DNA from: Myxococcota bacterium
GTDB lineage: Bacteria; Myxococcota_A; UBA9160; SZUA-336
NCBI GenBank assembly: GCA_965247115.1
Contig: CBDFGR010000002.1
Span: forward strand, 64,001-128,000
Length of the DNA stretch: 64,000 nt
Direction: 5' to 3'
Position 1 is the first letter of the stretch. Each line of letters starts with the position of its first letter. Positions 52,223 to 62,037 of this stretch are shown one piece after another. Below the pieces are notes generated by a model. The model was not told where the DNA came from. It searched no databases and was given only the letters and a program-made list of their open reading frames with translations. The position numbers and the translations under genes were made by a program.

Positions 52223-52611
52223 GGCTCGAGCTCCGCTGTGAAATCGTATGCATCGTGTCCCGGCTTGGTGATCGCGAGCTTGCCTCGCACGATCTCGACC
52301 AGCGCCGCCCACGCGCGTCGTTCGAACTCGGGGTTGGGAGCAACGTTCAGACGGTCGACGAGCGCCTGGCTCAGCGCCTTTGCGTCGCGGCCCGCGGCGT
52401 CCTCTCCGAGCACCTCCGACAGTAGCGCGACCTCGCTCGCCTCGTGGCGCGCTCCAAGCTCAAGCTCGCGCCCCAGGATCCGGCTCAGGTTCCCGGCCAC
52501 CCGCACCTGGTGCTGCAGTGGCTCCTCCCCCTCGAGCGACTGGAGCACCTCTCCTTCCAGGAGCTCCGCGATCGTCGCCAGCAGCTCCTGCGCAGTCGGG
52601 CGATCCTGCAT
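52219..52611 (-). CDS. DUF6285-like small helical protein (LvaB-like)
   Basis: MQDRPTAQELL..RVAGNL..ILGRE..KLAITKPG; coupled to the kinase gene. Confidence 0.78.
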   Translation of the reverse strand: MQDRPTAQELLATIAELLEGEVLQSLEGEEPLQHQVRVAGNLSRILGRELELGARHEASEVALLSEVLGEDAAGRDAKALSQALVDRLNVAPNPEFERRAWAALVEIVRGKLAITKPGHDAYDFTAELEP

Positions 52612-52652
52612 GAGCGTAGTGTCACACAGCTCGGATAGACGCGTCCTGGCCT

Positions 52653-53192
52653 CTAGAAGTGGTAGGCGTACCGGATGCCAAGCGTGTCCAGTCCCTCGTT
52701 CTCGTCTGCGAGCGAGGCGTTAGACACGTGGTCGAAGTAGAGCGAGATCCGATGCCGCGCTCCCAGATCGTGGCCAATTTCGATCGGGACGTGGAACAGC
52801 ACCTGTGAGCCGAGCTGCTTCTCGTCCGAGCGCAGCGTCTCCCGCTCTCCGTCGTGCACGGCAAGCCCGAGCCCGAGCTTGAACAGCCAGCCCGAGTCCG
52901 TGCGGTAGTGCCACGCGAAGCCGCTGTAAAGCTTGCTCGTGTCACCGCGCGTGTTCACGGTGAACCCGACATACGGACGCAGCGTGCCGGAGAGGAACGC
53001 GACGTTTGCTCGACGCGTCACGAGCTCAACGTTGAGGTCGACGCCCTCCTCCGCGCGGGACCCGCTCCAGAGGCCGTCGACGTCGTGGCCGAGTACCCCG
53101 ACGCTGACCTCGTAGAGCCATCCGGTGTCGGCGTCGACCTCTGGCTCCGACGCGGGCGCAGCTGTCGCTGTGAGCGCAAAGAGCGCGAGCAT
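52653..53192 (-). CDS. PagL-like acyloxyacyl hydrolase / lipid A deacylase outer-membrane beta-barrel
   Basis: Signal peptide; LGSQVLF, DHVSNA (His-x-Ser), NEGLD, terminal Phe. Start uncertain. Confidence 0.8.
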   Translation of the reverse strand: MLALFALTATAAPASEPEVDADTGWLYEVSVGVLGHDVDGLWSGSRAEEGVDLNVELVTRRANVAFLSGTLRPYVGFTVNTRGDTSKLYSGFAWHYRTDSGWLFKLGLGLAVHDGERETLRSDEKQLGSQVLFHVPIEIGHDLGARHRISLYFDHVSNASLADENEGLDTLGIRYAYHF

Positions 53193-53291
53193 GGCGCAGC
53201 GTGGCAACACGAACGTACCTCCGAACCCTTCCCCCATGTGCATCGGTGCTGGAGCAGCGTCGATAAAGCGAACCGGCGCTGGGGTTGCGGC

Positions 53292-53921
53292 TCAACCGAG
53301 CGGTGGGAGCTCCTCGGGGAGAACGGCGCTGCCGCGAAGCGAGGCTCTTCGGACCCGGCCCGCCTCGATCTCGAGGTGACGAGGTGTGCCGGGGTTCCTG
53401 GCGGAGGGGGTCTCGCCAAGGGTCACGATCTCCGCGTGTACCCGCCCTGGCGCGAGCTCCAGCAGCCCGACGGTACCCAGTCGCGTCTCTTTCTGGTGGG
53501 GCAGGATCGGGCTCCCCGGATTGATGAAGAGCACGTCGCTGCGGAACTCGAGGCGGTCGACGTGCGTGTCGCCAGCAACCAGGACGTCGACCTGCTCTCC
53601 GCCGAGCGCCGAGCTGCCCAGAAGCGCTTCCATCGGACGGGTCTCGGGCCGTAGCTCGTGGACCATGCCGATCCGCCAGCCCTCCACCGCCAGGAGCTGG
53701 CGCTCCGCAAGGCGTCGATCCGTGAAGAGATCGTTGTTCCCCCGGGCCACGAGTACGGGGGCGAACTGCTCACACCAGTCCAGGACCGCCGGCGCGGTCA
53801 CGTCCCCAGCGTGTAGAATGAGGTCGACCCCGCTCAGAAACTCGCCCATCTCGGGGCCGAGCTCGTCCAGGCTGTGGACGAGCGACGGAAGGTGCGTATC
53901 CGCCAGGAGCCCGATGCGCAT
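53292..53921 (-). CDS. YfcE-type metallophosphoesterase
   Basis: ADTH, HAGD, RGNND, GDTH, INPGS. Confidence 0.88.
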   Translation of the reverse strand: MRIGLLADTHLPSLVHSLDELGPEMGEFLSGVDLILHAGDVTAPAVLDWCEQFAPVLVARGNNDLFTDRRLAERQLLAVEGWRIGMVHELRPETRPMEALLGSSALGGEQVDVLVAGDTHVDRLEFRSDVLFINPGSPILPHQKETRLGTVGLLELAPGRVHAEIVTLGETPSARNPGTPRHLEIEAGRVRRASLRGSAVLPEELPPLG

Positions 53922-53950
53922 TGGGCCACGCTAACACGAAGGAAGACGTG

Positions 53951-55141
53951 ATGCCCCAGCAGCGCACGGCCGCGATCGTCGGAATCTACGAGTACCCCCT
54001 CAGGCTCGCGCCTGGGGTCGATGCCATGCAGATCAAGGCAGAGTCGATTCGGGCAGCACTCGACGACGCCGGCCTCGGCTGGGCCGACATCGACGGTCTG
54101 TACGACGCGAACGATGGTGCCGGCGGCGGGGGCCTCGGTCTGGCGGCCTACCTGGGCATCCACCCGGCGGTGACGGACACCACTATGGTCGGTGGCTCGT
54201 CCTACGAGTTTCAGGTCGCGCACGCCATGCGCGACATGGCAGCGGGCAAGTGCAAGGTGGCGGTGCTGAGCTACGGATCCAAGGCGGCGTCCGGTCGGGT
54301 CGCGATCGGCACAGGGGGCCGGATGGGCGCAGGCCCGGCGACCTGGCTCTCGAACATGGAGTCGTCCTACGGGTCCACGCTGATCTCCAATTACGCGATG
54401 ATCGCGAATCGGCACATGCATGAGTACGGCACGACCTCGGAGCAGCTGGCAGAGATCTCCGTCGCAACCCGCTATCACGCCATGAGAAACCCCGAGGCAG
54501 TCAAGGCAATGACGGATCTCGAGTTCGTGGGCGTGAACGAGACCACGATCGCAGACGTGATGGAGTCGCGCATCGTCGCCGACCCCCTGCACCTGCTCGA
54601 GTGCTGCATGATCAGCGATGGCGGCGGCGCCGTCGTCATCGCGTCTGCGGAGGTTGCCAGGAGCTGCCGCAAGCCACCGGTGTGGATTATCGGAGGTGGC
54701 GAGGCGACGAAGTACATGGAGAACGGCGCCGACATGACGACGAGCGCCGGAGCCAGCAGCGCGCCGATCGCCTTCGCCGAGGCAGGCGTGACTCCCGACG
54801 AGATCGACATCGCGATGATCTACGACTCGTTCTCGATCACGGTCCTTACCTGTCTCGAGGACCTCGGGTTCTGCAAAAAGGGCGAGGGAGGCGCGTACGT
54901 CGAGGGCGGCGGGCTTCGCTACGATCGTCCCGGCCAGCCCGCGCTCAACACCGACGGCGGTGGCCTCTCCTCGAACCACCCCGGCATGCGGGGAATATTC
55001 TTGCTCCTGGAGTCCACCCGCCAGCTGCGCGGCGAGTCGACCGCGCAAGTGCCAGATGCGCGCCTCGCCGTTGCGCACGGTAACGGCGGCTCACTCGGCG
55101 GCATTCACACAGGCGGGACCGTCATCCTGGCCCGGGACTGA
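53951..55141 (+). CDS. Thiolase-fold protein lacking the canonical Cys (Ltp/aldolase-like)
   Basis: GGSS replaces CxSG; PLHLLECC, IYDSF, NTDGGGLS..HPG. Confidence 0.85.
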   Translation: MPQQRTAAIVGIYEYPLRLAPGVDAMQIKAESIRAALDDAGLGWADIDGLYDANDGAGGGGLGLAAYLGIHPAVTDTTMVGGSSYEFQVAHAMRDMAAGKCKVAVLSYGSKAASGRVAIGTGGRMGAGPATWLSNMESSYGSTLISNYAMIANRHMHEYGTTSEQLAEISVATRYHAMRNPEAVKAMTDLEFVGVNETTIADVMESRIVADPLHLLECCMISDGGGAVVIASAEVARSCRKPPVWIIGGGEATKYMENGADMTTSAGASSAPIAFAEAGVTPDEIDIAMIYDSFSITVLTCLEDLGFCKKGEGGAYVEGGGLRYDRPGQPALNTDGGGLSSNHPGMRGIFLLLESTRQLRGESTAQVPDARLAVAHGNGGSLGGIHTGGTVILARD

Positions 55142-55174
55142 ACGCAGGGAACTGCAGCGAAGAGAGGATCGATC

Positions 55175-55588
55175 ATGCCCAACCGCCCACAACCCCGCTT
55201 CCCCGAGCCCCACACCGAGCACTACTGGGAGGGCACGAAGCAGCGCGAGCTCCGCTACCAGACCTGCGACGCATGCGAGGAGCTCGTCTTCTATCCGCGG
55301 CTCCATTGCACAGCCTGCGGGGCGAACACGCTCACCTGGAAGGTGTCGAAGGGCCTGGGAACCGTCTACACCTACTCGATCGTGCGCCAGAATCGCATCC
55401 CCGGCTTCGTGGAGCTCGGCGCCTACGCGGTGGCCTACGTCGATCTGGACGAGGGCTTTCGAATGCTGACGAACATCGTGGGCGTCGATGATCTCATGAG
55501 CGACGTGAAGATCGGCCAGCGCGTCGCGGTCGAGTTCGAGGAGCAGGACGAAGGCGAGTACCCCATCCCGGTCTTCCGCCCCGCCTAA
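55175..55588 (+). CDS. Zn-ribbon / OB-fold protein (DUF35, ChsH2-like)
   Basis: CDAC..YPRLHCTAC, GTVYTYS, LDEGFRMLTNI. Confidence 0.92.
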   Translation: MPNRPQPRFPEPHTEHYWEGTKQRELRYQTCDACEELVFYPRLHCTACGANTLTWKVSKGLGTVYTYSIVRQNRIPGFVELGAYAVAYVDLDEGFRMLTNIVGVDDLMSDVKIGQRVAVEFEEQDEGEYPIPVFRPA

Positions 55589-55603
55589 CCAGGCGGAGAG
55601 CGG

Positions 55604-57160
55604 CTAGCCGGCCTGGCGAAGAGGCGGAGCTTCTGCGTAGGCGGCCTCTCGGCTCAGCAGCTCGATGTCGCGGTCGAGGCGGCCGCACAGCTCGCGGGCG
55701 TAGTCCGAGAAGGCCTTGTGGCAGAGGGCAAAGGAGATGGCGTCCTTGACCCGCGACGGTCGCCGCAGGAGCGTGGCTCCGAGCAGGCGCAGCGTGAAGA
55801 GTCCGCGGCGCAGGCCGTCGCGGAACAGCAGCACCTTCATCACGCGGGTGAAGAGCCCGACGTCGCCGGCGCGGATGGACTGTCCACGGCGGATCTGGGG
55901 GCCGCGGCCGAGGATGAAGGCCAGCGTGCGTTCGCGGTAGTGGCGGAACGTGTAGAGCTGCTCGAGCAGGCGCCGGTAGCCGCGATAGAGCTCGAGGCGC
56001 GTCATGCCCTTGGGCTCGATGTTCGAGAACTCGAACTGGTCGCCCGTGCTCTCGCTGATGAGTCGGCCTTCCTGGACCATGCGCGCGTGCAGCGGCGTCT
56101 CCGGCATGGCCTGCAGCATGCCGGTCATGGACACGGGGATGCGCGCCTCCTGGCTGAAGCGGAGCTGCTCTTCGAAGATGGCCGGATCGTCGTGGTCGAA
56201 ACCGACGATCATCCCGGCCTGCACCTGGAGCCCGTACTCGTGCACCTTGTGGACGGCCTCGACCAGGTCGCCACGGGTGTTCTGGGTCTTGCGCGTCTCT
56301 TCCAGACTTGCGACGCGAGGACTCTCGATCCCGATGAAGACGGTGGTAACGTTGGCTTCGCGCAGCAGGCCGAGCAGCTCCTCGTCTTGGCCGACGTTCA
56401 GCGATACCTCCGTGTTGAAGTCGACGGGGTAGCCGTTCTCTTTCCCCCACACGGCCATCGCGCGCAGTAGCTCCTTGGCGAGCTTCTTGTTCCCGATGAA
56501 GTTGTCGTCAACCAGGAACACCTGCTTCGCGCCCAGCCGATGGCACTCGTGGATCTCCTTCATCATCTGCTCGACGCCCTTCACGCGCGGCCGACGCCCG
56601 TAGACGACGATGATGTCGCAGAACTCGCAGTTGAAGGGACAGCCCCGCGCGAACTGGATCGTGAGCGCGTGGTAGCGATCGACATGGAGCAGATCGAAGC
56701 GCGGCATGGCCGACAGGCTCATGTCGGGCTTCTCTTTGGTCGTGTACTCGGACTTCCAGGTGCCCGCCTCGAAGTCGTTCACGAACTGAGGCCAGGTCTC
56801 CTCGGCCTCGCCGCAGAAGAGGACGTCGCAGTGCTCGCGGAGTTCCTGCGGACACAGCGAGGCGTAGGGCCCGCCGATCGCGACGAAACGGCCCCGCCTC
56901 CGGAACTCGCTTGCGATCTCACGCATGCGCCGCTTGTGAACGATGTAGCCGGTGATTCCAATGACGTCCGCTTCCACATCGAAGTCGATCTCTTCGACGT
57001 TCTCGTCGCAGACAGAGACCTCGTGCCCAGAAGGCGTAAGGCCGGCCACGGTTGGCATCGAGAGGTTCGGGAAGACGCAGCTGCGTCCGAGAGCCGGAAG
57101 GATCGAGTCGTAGGTCCAGAAGCTCTCGGGGTTGCGCGGAGTGATCAGATGAATCTTCAC
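55604..57160 (-). CDS. B12-binding radical SAM protein (DUF4070-type)
   Basis: N-terminal cobalamin-binding domain (GGPYAS); RGCPFNCEFC; DDNFIG. Confidence 0.9.
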   Translation of the reverse strand: MKIHLITPRNPESFWTYDSILPALGRSCVFPNLSMPTVAGLTPSGHEVSVCDENVEEIDFDVEADVIGITGYIVHKRRMREIASEFRRRGRFVAIGGPYASLCPQELREHCDVLFCGEAEETWPQFVNDFEAGTWKSEYTTKEKPDMSLSAMPRFDLLHVDRYHALTIQFARGCPFNCEFCDIIVVYGRRPRVKGVEQMMKEIHECHRLGAKQVFLVDDNFIGNKKLAKELLRAMAVWGKENGYPVDFNTEVSLNVGQDEELLGLLREANVTTVFIGIESPRVASLEETRKTQNTRGDLVEAVHKVHEYGLQVQAGMIVGFDHDDPAIFEEQLRFSQEARIPVSMTGMLQAMPETPLHARMVQEGRLISESTGDQFEFSNIEPKGMTRLELYRGYRRLLEQLYTFRHYRERTLAFILGRGPQIRRGQSIRAGDVGLFTRVMKVLLFRDGLRRGLFTLRLLGATLLRRPSRVKDAISFALCHKAFSDYARELCGRLDRDIELLSREAAYAEAPPLRQAG

Positions 57161-57221
57161 GCCGCCAGAAAGACTAGCCCCCTCCAGCCCACGACTTTGT
57201 CGTTTTTTCGTAAAGATTCGC

Positions 57222-58457
57222 TCAGACGCCGACCACGAAGCTGACGCTGGTCGTCCCGCTGCCTCCGATGTTGAGGGTCTGGAAGGTCCGCGCCCCCTCC
57301 ACCTGGAACTCGCCGGCCTGACCCGTCACCTGCCTGTAGGCGTCGAGAAGCTGGCGGACCCCGGTGGCGCCAACGGGGTGCCCGGCGCCGATCAGCCCCC
57401 CGCTGGGGTTGATCGGGTGCTTGCCATCGATCTCGAGCCAGCCGGCGTCGATGGCCTTCCAGCTCTCTCCGGGCTCCGTGATCCCGAAGTGATCAATCGC
57501 CATGTACTCGGACGTGGTGAAACAATCGTGCGTCTCGATCCCGTCGAGGTCCTCGACGCCCGCGATGCTGGCCCGCTCCATGGCCGCGGTGATCGTGCTG
57601 CGAACGTGCGGGAGGACGTAGCACTGCTCACGGGACTCCTCGATCTTGTCCTGGAAGCGGAGGCGAGCCGTGTTGTGGCCCCAGCCCTTGATGCGCGGCA
57701 CCTTCGCGATGTCGAGACCCCTGCCTCGGGCGTAGCGCTCGGCATACGCGCGCGACGCGAGGAATACACAGACCGCTCCATCGGTCACCTGCGAGCAGTC
57801 CGAAATGCGGATCCGTCCGCCGACCTGCGGGTTGTCGTCGGAGCGAGAGAGCGCCTGCTCCTTGGTCATGTACCAGGTACGCGTCTGTGCGTTGGGGTTC
57901 AGCTTGGCGTTCGCATAGTTCAGCCTGCTGATCTCCGCGAGGTGCTCGTCCGCCAGGCCGTAGCGCTTGTCGTACTCGTCGCCGAGCTGCCCGAACAGCT
58001 TGGGGAATGGGAACTCGATGCCCTCGGCCTCCTGCTCGTACCAGGCGGCGGTGCCGAGATACGCCCCGCCCTGGGCCGCCGAGACGGTCTTCATCTGCTC
58101 GATCCCGACAACGGCCTGCAGGTCGTAGCGACCCGCCTCGATCTCTGCAGACGCGGCCAGCAGCGCTATGCTCCCCGACGCACAGGCAGCCTCGTGTCGC
58201 GCCGTCGGCAGGCCGCTGAAGCTCGGGTGCACCTCGGTAAAGAAGGCACCGAGGTGGCCTTGCATGCAGTAGAGCTCGGCCGCGAAGTTCCCTACGTGCG
58301 CGCTCTGGATCTCCTCGGGAGCGATCTCGCAACACTCGAGCGCTCCCACGACCCCTTCCCGCATCAGTGCCGAGAAGTGCTTCTGCTCCTTGGTCCAGTT
58401 GCGTGCGAAGTCAGTCTGATAGCCGCCGAGAACGTAGACCTCGGGAGTCGCTGCCAT
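57222..58457 (-). CDS. Acetyl-CoA acyltransferase (SCP2-type thiolase)
   Basis: EAACASG, THDCF, GHPVGATG. Confidence 0.9.
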   Translation of the reverse strand: MAATPEVYVLGGYQTDFARNWTKEQKHFSALMREGVVGALECCEIAPEEIQSAHVGNFAAELYCMQGHLGAFFTEVHPSFSGLPTARHEAACASGSIALLAASAEIEAGRYDLQAVVGIEQMKTVSAAQGGAYLGTAAWYEQEAEGIEFPFPKLFGQLGDEYDKRYGLADEHLAEISRLNYANAKLNPNAQTRTWYMTKEQALSRSDDNPQVGGRIRISDCSQVTDGAVCVFLASRAYAERYARGRGLDIAKVPRIKGWGHNTARLRFQDKIEESREQCYVLPHVRSTITAAMERASIAGVEDLDGIETHDCFTTSEYMAIDHFGITEPGESWKAIDAGWLEIDGKHPINPSGGLIGAGHPVGATGVRQLLDAYRQVTGQAGEFQVEGARTFQTLNIGGSGTTSVSFVVGV

Positions 58458-58481
58458 CGGAATCCTCCAGGCTTCGCGGGC

Positions 58482-59810
58482 TCAGCCCGCGACGAAGTAG
58501 CGTCCAACGTTGATGTGGGGGTGGTGAAAGAAGCGCTCGGGCTCGCCGGTCCGGGCGGCCTCGACGAGCGCATCGGGAACGGGCAGCCCGGCAGCTCCAA
58601 TCATGTCAACGGCGCAGCTCGCGCCCATGGTGTCGACCAGCAGGCCCGGCGGGGCCCAGTTGAAGCCCGTCCCCATGATCCGGTCTATGCCGTTGATCGT
58701 CTCGGTCACCTCGCCCACCCGGTGGAAGGCGTAGCTGATGTAGCCGGCGATCACCTTGCGCGCGAGCGCGGCCTCCTCGCCACGGGCAGCCAGAAACACC
58801 TGCATGCCCTCGGAGTACCGCCCCTGCCTGTAGAGGGTCGCCACCTCGTCGATGTACTCGAGCGATGGCAGCTCGATCTCCGCTTCGGACCGGTATTCGC
58901 CGCTGGCCGGATCGAGCGCGAGACGTGTTTCCCCGTCCATCTTGAAGAACCCTGCGCCGGACTTGTCTCCGAGAACTCCCTGGTCGATGAGCCTGGCCAT
59001 GTAATCCGGGAGCCGCAGCGTCTCACGAGCTTCGTCGTGAGCGTTCTCGTAGACGTTGTCGACGATGGCGCGGTGAACGTCCCAGCCGACGAGATCAATC
59101 GTAGCCAGGGGCGTCAGCGCCCGGCCGGTGTACGGCCCGATGATGCGATCCACGAGCGCGGACCCGAGCTGCTCGGCCAGCTGAGCGACCTCGTTCAGGA
59201 CCTTGAAGCCGACCCGGTTGCCCGCGAAGGCCGGCGAGTCGTTCGTGCGGATGACCTCGCGGCCCAGCCGGACGCGCGCGAAGGCTTCCACGAAGTCGAC
59301 CACCTGCGGGTCTGTGTCCCGGCCGGCGATGAGCTCGGTACCGACGATGACGTTCGGCGGGTTGAACAGGTGTACGCCCAGGAAGTGCTTGCGGAAGGAG
59401 TCGGAGCGGCCCTCCGCGAGGTCGTTGATCGAGAGGCCGGAGGTGACCGTCGCCACGATCGAGTCGTCGCGGCGCACCTTCTCCACGCGATCGAACATCT
59501 GCTTCTTGATCCCGAAGTCCTCGGTCAGGGCCTCGAAGATCAGGTCCGCCTGTGCGACGGCGCTCTCGAAGTCGGCGTCGTAGTCGCCGGTCTCCGCGCG
59601 GCTTGCGAGGCTCGACGAGCGCACCTGTTGGATCGCGGCAGCCAACCCCTCCGCTGCTTTGCTCTGGCTGCGGGCCAGAAACGTGACGCGCGAAACGGCC
59701 CGTGTGAAAAGCGCCGCGCTCCCGTAGCCCATGGTGCCATTGGCACCCAGGACGACAATACGATCGATCTTGCGGCTCGCGAGGAGCTCCGTCAGGCTGG
59801 ATCCGGACAT
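58482..59810 (-). CDS. 3-hydroxyacyl-CoA dehydrogenase family protein
   Basis: GANGTMG, EALTED, TSGLSI, HLFNPP, DLVGWD. Confidence 0.88.
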   Translation of the reverse strand: MSGSSLTELLASRKIDRIVVLGANGTMGYGSAALFTRAVSRVTFLARSQSKAAEGLAAAIQQVRSSSLASRAETGDYDADFESAVAQADLIFEALTEDFGIKKQMFDRVEKVRRDDSIVATVTSGLSINDLAEGRSDSFRKHFLGVHLFNPPNVIVGTELIAGRDTDPQVVDFVEAFARVRLGREVIRTNDSPAFAGNRVGFKVLNEVAQLAEQLGSALVDRIIGPYTGRALTPLATIDLVGWDVHRAIVDNVYENAHDEARETLRLPDYMARLIDQGVLGDKSGAGFFKMDGETRLALDPASGEYRSEAEIELPSLEYIDEVATLYRQGRYSEGMQVFLAARGEEAALARKVIAGYISYAFHRVGEVTETINGIDRIMGTGFNWAPPGLLVDTMGASCAVDMIGAAGLPVPDALVEAARTGEPERFFHHPHINVGRYFVAG

Positions 59811-59848
59811 ATCGAGATCTGTGCTCCTCTGTGCGGCCGTATCCTAGC

Positions 59849-60430
59849 CTATCCAATCGGAGACGCGGACACCGTCGCTCCGGGCGTAGTCTCCTCGATC
59901 TCCGGGACGGTGCGCGCCTCGCACTCCCACAGCGCCTCGAGCCCCTGCAGCGTGAGCCTGCGCCGCCCCGGATCCGCGACGAGCACGGTATTCACTCGTT
60001 CGGCGGCCTGGGCGAGCCACTGCGCCGTCTCGCTCTCATACAGGACGTCGCTTGCGAGCAATACGTCGCAGCCGGGGAGCACGGTTGCAGGCTCAGTCAC
60101 ACGCTCGATCCGTACACCGTTCCGAGCAGCATTCGAGGAGCACGCCTCGAGCGCGGCAGGGTCGGAGTCGCAGGCCACGACCGCGGCGGCCCCCGCCAGC
60201 GCCGCTGCTATTGCTACGACACCGGAGCCGGCGCCGAAGTCGACCACCAGCCGATCCCGAACGAGGTCGGGGTGGTCTAGGAGCCAGCGCGCGAGGACCT
60301 GTCCACTTGCCCAGCAGAACGCCCAGAAGGGGGCCCTCTCCCCCAGGAACTCGCGGGCGTCCCCGTCGAGATCAACGGAGGGGCTGAGCAGGCATAGCCG
60401 GATCTCCGAGCAGAGGGCCAGGCGCTGCAC
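59849..60430 (-). CDS. Class I SAM-dependent (lysine N-) methyltransferase, METTL20/PrmA-like
   Basis: PFWAFCWASGQVLA, DFGAGSG, ASDVLYE, ADPGR. Start uncertain. Confidence 0.85.
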   Translation of the reverse strand: MQRLALCSEIRLCLLSPSVDLDGDAREFLGERAPFWAFCWASGQVLARWLLDHPDLVRDRLVVDFGAGSGVVAIAAALAGAAAVVACDSDPAALEACSSNAARNGVRIERVTEPATVLPGCDVLLASDVLYESETAQWLAQAAERVNTVLVADPGRRRLTLQGLEALWECEARTVPEIEETTPGATVSASPIG

Positions 60431-60630
60431 CTCGAGGCGGAACTCAAACCGCGCGTCCGAGTCGTGTGGGGGGTCGCCGGTTGGAACGGTCAGGCTAGAG
60501 ATGGGGACTTAACCTATCGGAATAGTGGAACTCTAGCAGGACGGGAGGGTCCGGAATCACGCTGGCACCTCGGGTTCCGGACCGTGATCTGCGTAACCTC
60601 CGCTGTCCTGGGGGCGTAGAGTGGCTGCCC

Positions 60631-61194
60631 ATGAAGCGACAGCGTCGAAGCATACTAGCCCTCCTCGCGAGCGTCAGCGCGACGCTCCTTGTGGGCGGGC
60701 TGTTCGGCTGCGCCGGTGTTGTGGCCGTCGTACGGGGAGGCAGCGACTTTCGGGTCGAGCACCCCAGCCTCCCCTCGCACAACGCCCTCTCTTCCTACCA
60801 CAGGGGGGTTCCTGCGACCGCAGAGCGCGCTCTGCTCGCCTTCGGTGAACCAGACGAGATCATCGACCTGGGTCCGGAACGAGAGCGCTGGAGATATCGC
60901 ATCGGCGTCAGACTCCACGGTGTGTCACTGCTGCTGATCGTGATCCCGCTCCCGCTGCTAGTTCCGACCGGAGTGCATCAGGGGTACATGGAGCTCGAGG
61001 AGGGCATCGTTGTACAGGTGCACGGCTCTCAGAACGCGGACGTGGCCCGGATCGGCTGCATGATCGGTCCGATCGCCGAAATGTCGGGCGACGGAGGCTG
61101 CTTCTCCAAGTGGGGAACTCCCCCTCACACGGCCCGGCTCGGCTCCGGCGAGCTCTGGCTGGGCCCGCCTCCCACCCTCCGGGAAGCCCCCTAG
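60631..61194 (+). CDS. Hypothetical lipoprotein
   Basis: Basic N-terminus, lipobox LFGC, FGEPD motif (SmpA/BamE-like); converges on the next gene. Confidence 0.55.
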   Translation: MKRQRRSILALLASVSATLLVGGLFGCAGVVAVVRGGSDFRVEHPSLPSHNALSSYHRGVPATAERALLAFGEPDEIIDLGPERERWRYRIGVRLHGVSLLLIVIPLPLLVPTGVHQGYMELEEGIVVQVHGSQNADVARIGCMIGPIAEMSGDGGCFSKWGTPPHTARLGSGELWLGPPPTLREAP

Positions 61195-61511
61195 AACCCG
61201 CCTTTGCGGGCCTGCGTCGCGAGGGCCTTCTTGGCGGCGAGAATGGCGTCGTAGACCTGCTGCGACATCTCCCTCCAGAGGGTCTCTGAGCCCGGGTAGA
61301 CTGTCCGCAGCAGGTCCGCCATCACCTTGTTCGCCGCGCCTATCGCGACGGCGTCGTAGTATTTCTCCTCGACGGTCTCGAAGTTGGCGCTCTCGATGTC
61401 GGCCAGGTAGCGCGCCATCGAGGCGGCGATCCCCTCGGCAAAGACCTCGTGGTTGGCGATGATCTCCCGGATCGTCGCCTCCGCGGTTGTGTCCTTCTCG
61501 ACCGTCGCCAT
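61191..61511 (-). CDS. Hypothetical helical protein (106 aa)
   Basis: GC-biased codons and natural amino-acid composition from ATG 61511. Confidence 0.65.
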   Translation of the reverse strand: MATVEKDTTAEATIREIIANHEVFAEGIAASMARYLADIESANFETVEEKYYDAVAIGAANKVMADLLRTVYPGSETLWREMSQQVYDAILAAKKALATQARKGGF

Positions 61512-61524
61512 GTATCGAACTGGG

Positions 61525-61550
61525 GTCGGCACCAAGAACCGGATCTTGAG
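61525..61550 (-). promoter_or_regulatory. Possible sigma28-type promoter
   Basis: Minus strand TCAA-N15-GCCGAC, 13 nt upstream of ATG 61511; partial match to TAAA-N15-GCCGATAA. Confidence 0.35.
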
Positions 61551-61753
61551 TCCGCCGGACCCTGAACGGGCCTGGAGTCCGCCCATGGCGGAGACTCCCA
61601 TTCACGGCATGGTCCATCCCGAGCTCGAGGCGGGGATCCGACGGACTAGTGACCAATCCTCCTCGTCCGCCGTGAGCGCGCTGCAGTGTCGCCCGGCGGC
61701 TGCAGGACAAACCGGACGACGTGTCCGGCACGGCAGGCTTCGCGCCAACATCC

Positions 61754-61769
61754 TGGTACGCGGCTTGCG
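61754..61769 (+). promoter_or_regulatory. Sigma54 -24/-12 promoter
   Basis: TGGTACG-CGGC-TTGCG (GG-N10-GC), followed by an AGGAGG RBS and ATG 61798. Confidence 0.6.
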
Positions 61770-61797
61770 TGAGCGGAGTCCCAGCCAGGAGGACGAC

Positions 61798-62037
61798 ATG
61801 CACAGACTGACGATCGCGGTTCTCACCAGCACAGCCCTCGCCGGGTGTGTGGTGGTCCACGCGGAGCTACCCGAAGAGCTGATGCACGACGGAACGGTCC
61901 AGGTCGACGACATTTCGTTCGGCACCGTCTGCACGCACGAGGACCAGGCCTACTCCGCGGGCGCCACGCACTGCATGTCCGCTAGCCGCATGCGCTGCAA
62001 CTCGGACGGCGCCTGGACCGACACCGGCCGCTGCTAG
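61798..62037 (+). CDS. Small Cys-rich lipoprotein (DUF1496-like C-terminus)
   Basis: Lipobox LAGC; CTHEDQAYSAGATHCM..RC..GAW..C. Confidence 0.7.
   Translation: MHRLTIAVLTSTALAGCVVVHAELPEELMHDGTVQVDDISFGTVCTHEDQAYSAGATHCMSASRMRCNSDGAWTDTGRC

Noticed and set aside
57378..60512. 1044-aa plus-strand ORF
   Set aside because: Antisense shadow of the thiolase, HADH and methyltransferase genes; no motifs; typical of high-GC DNA.
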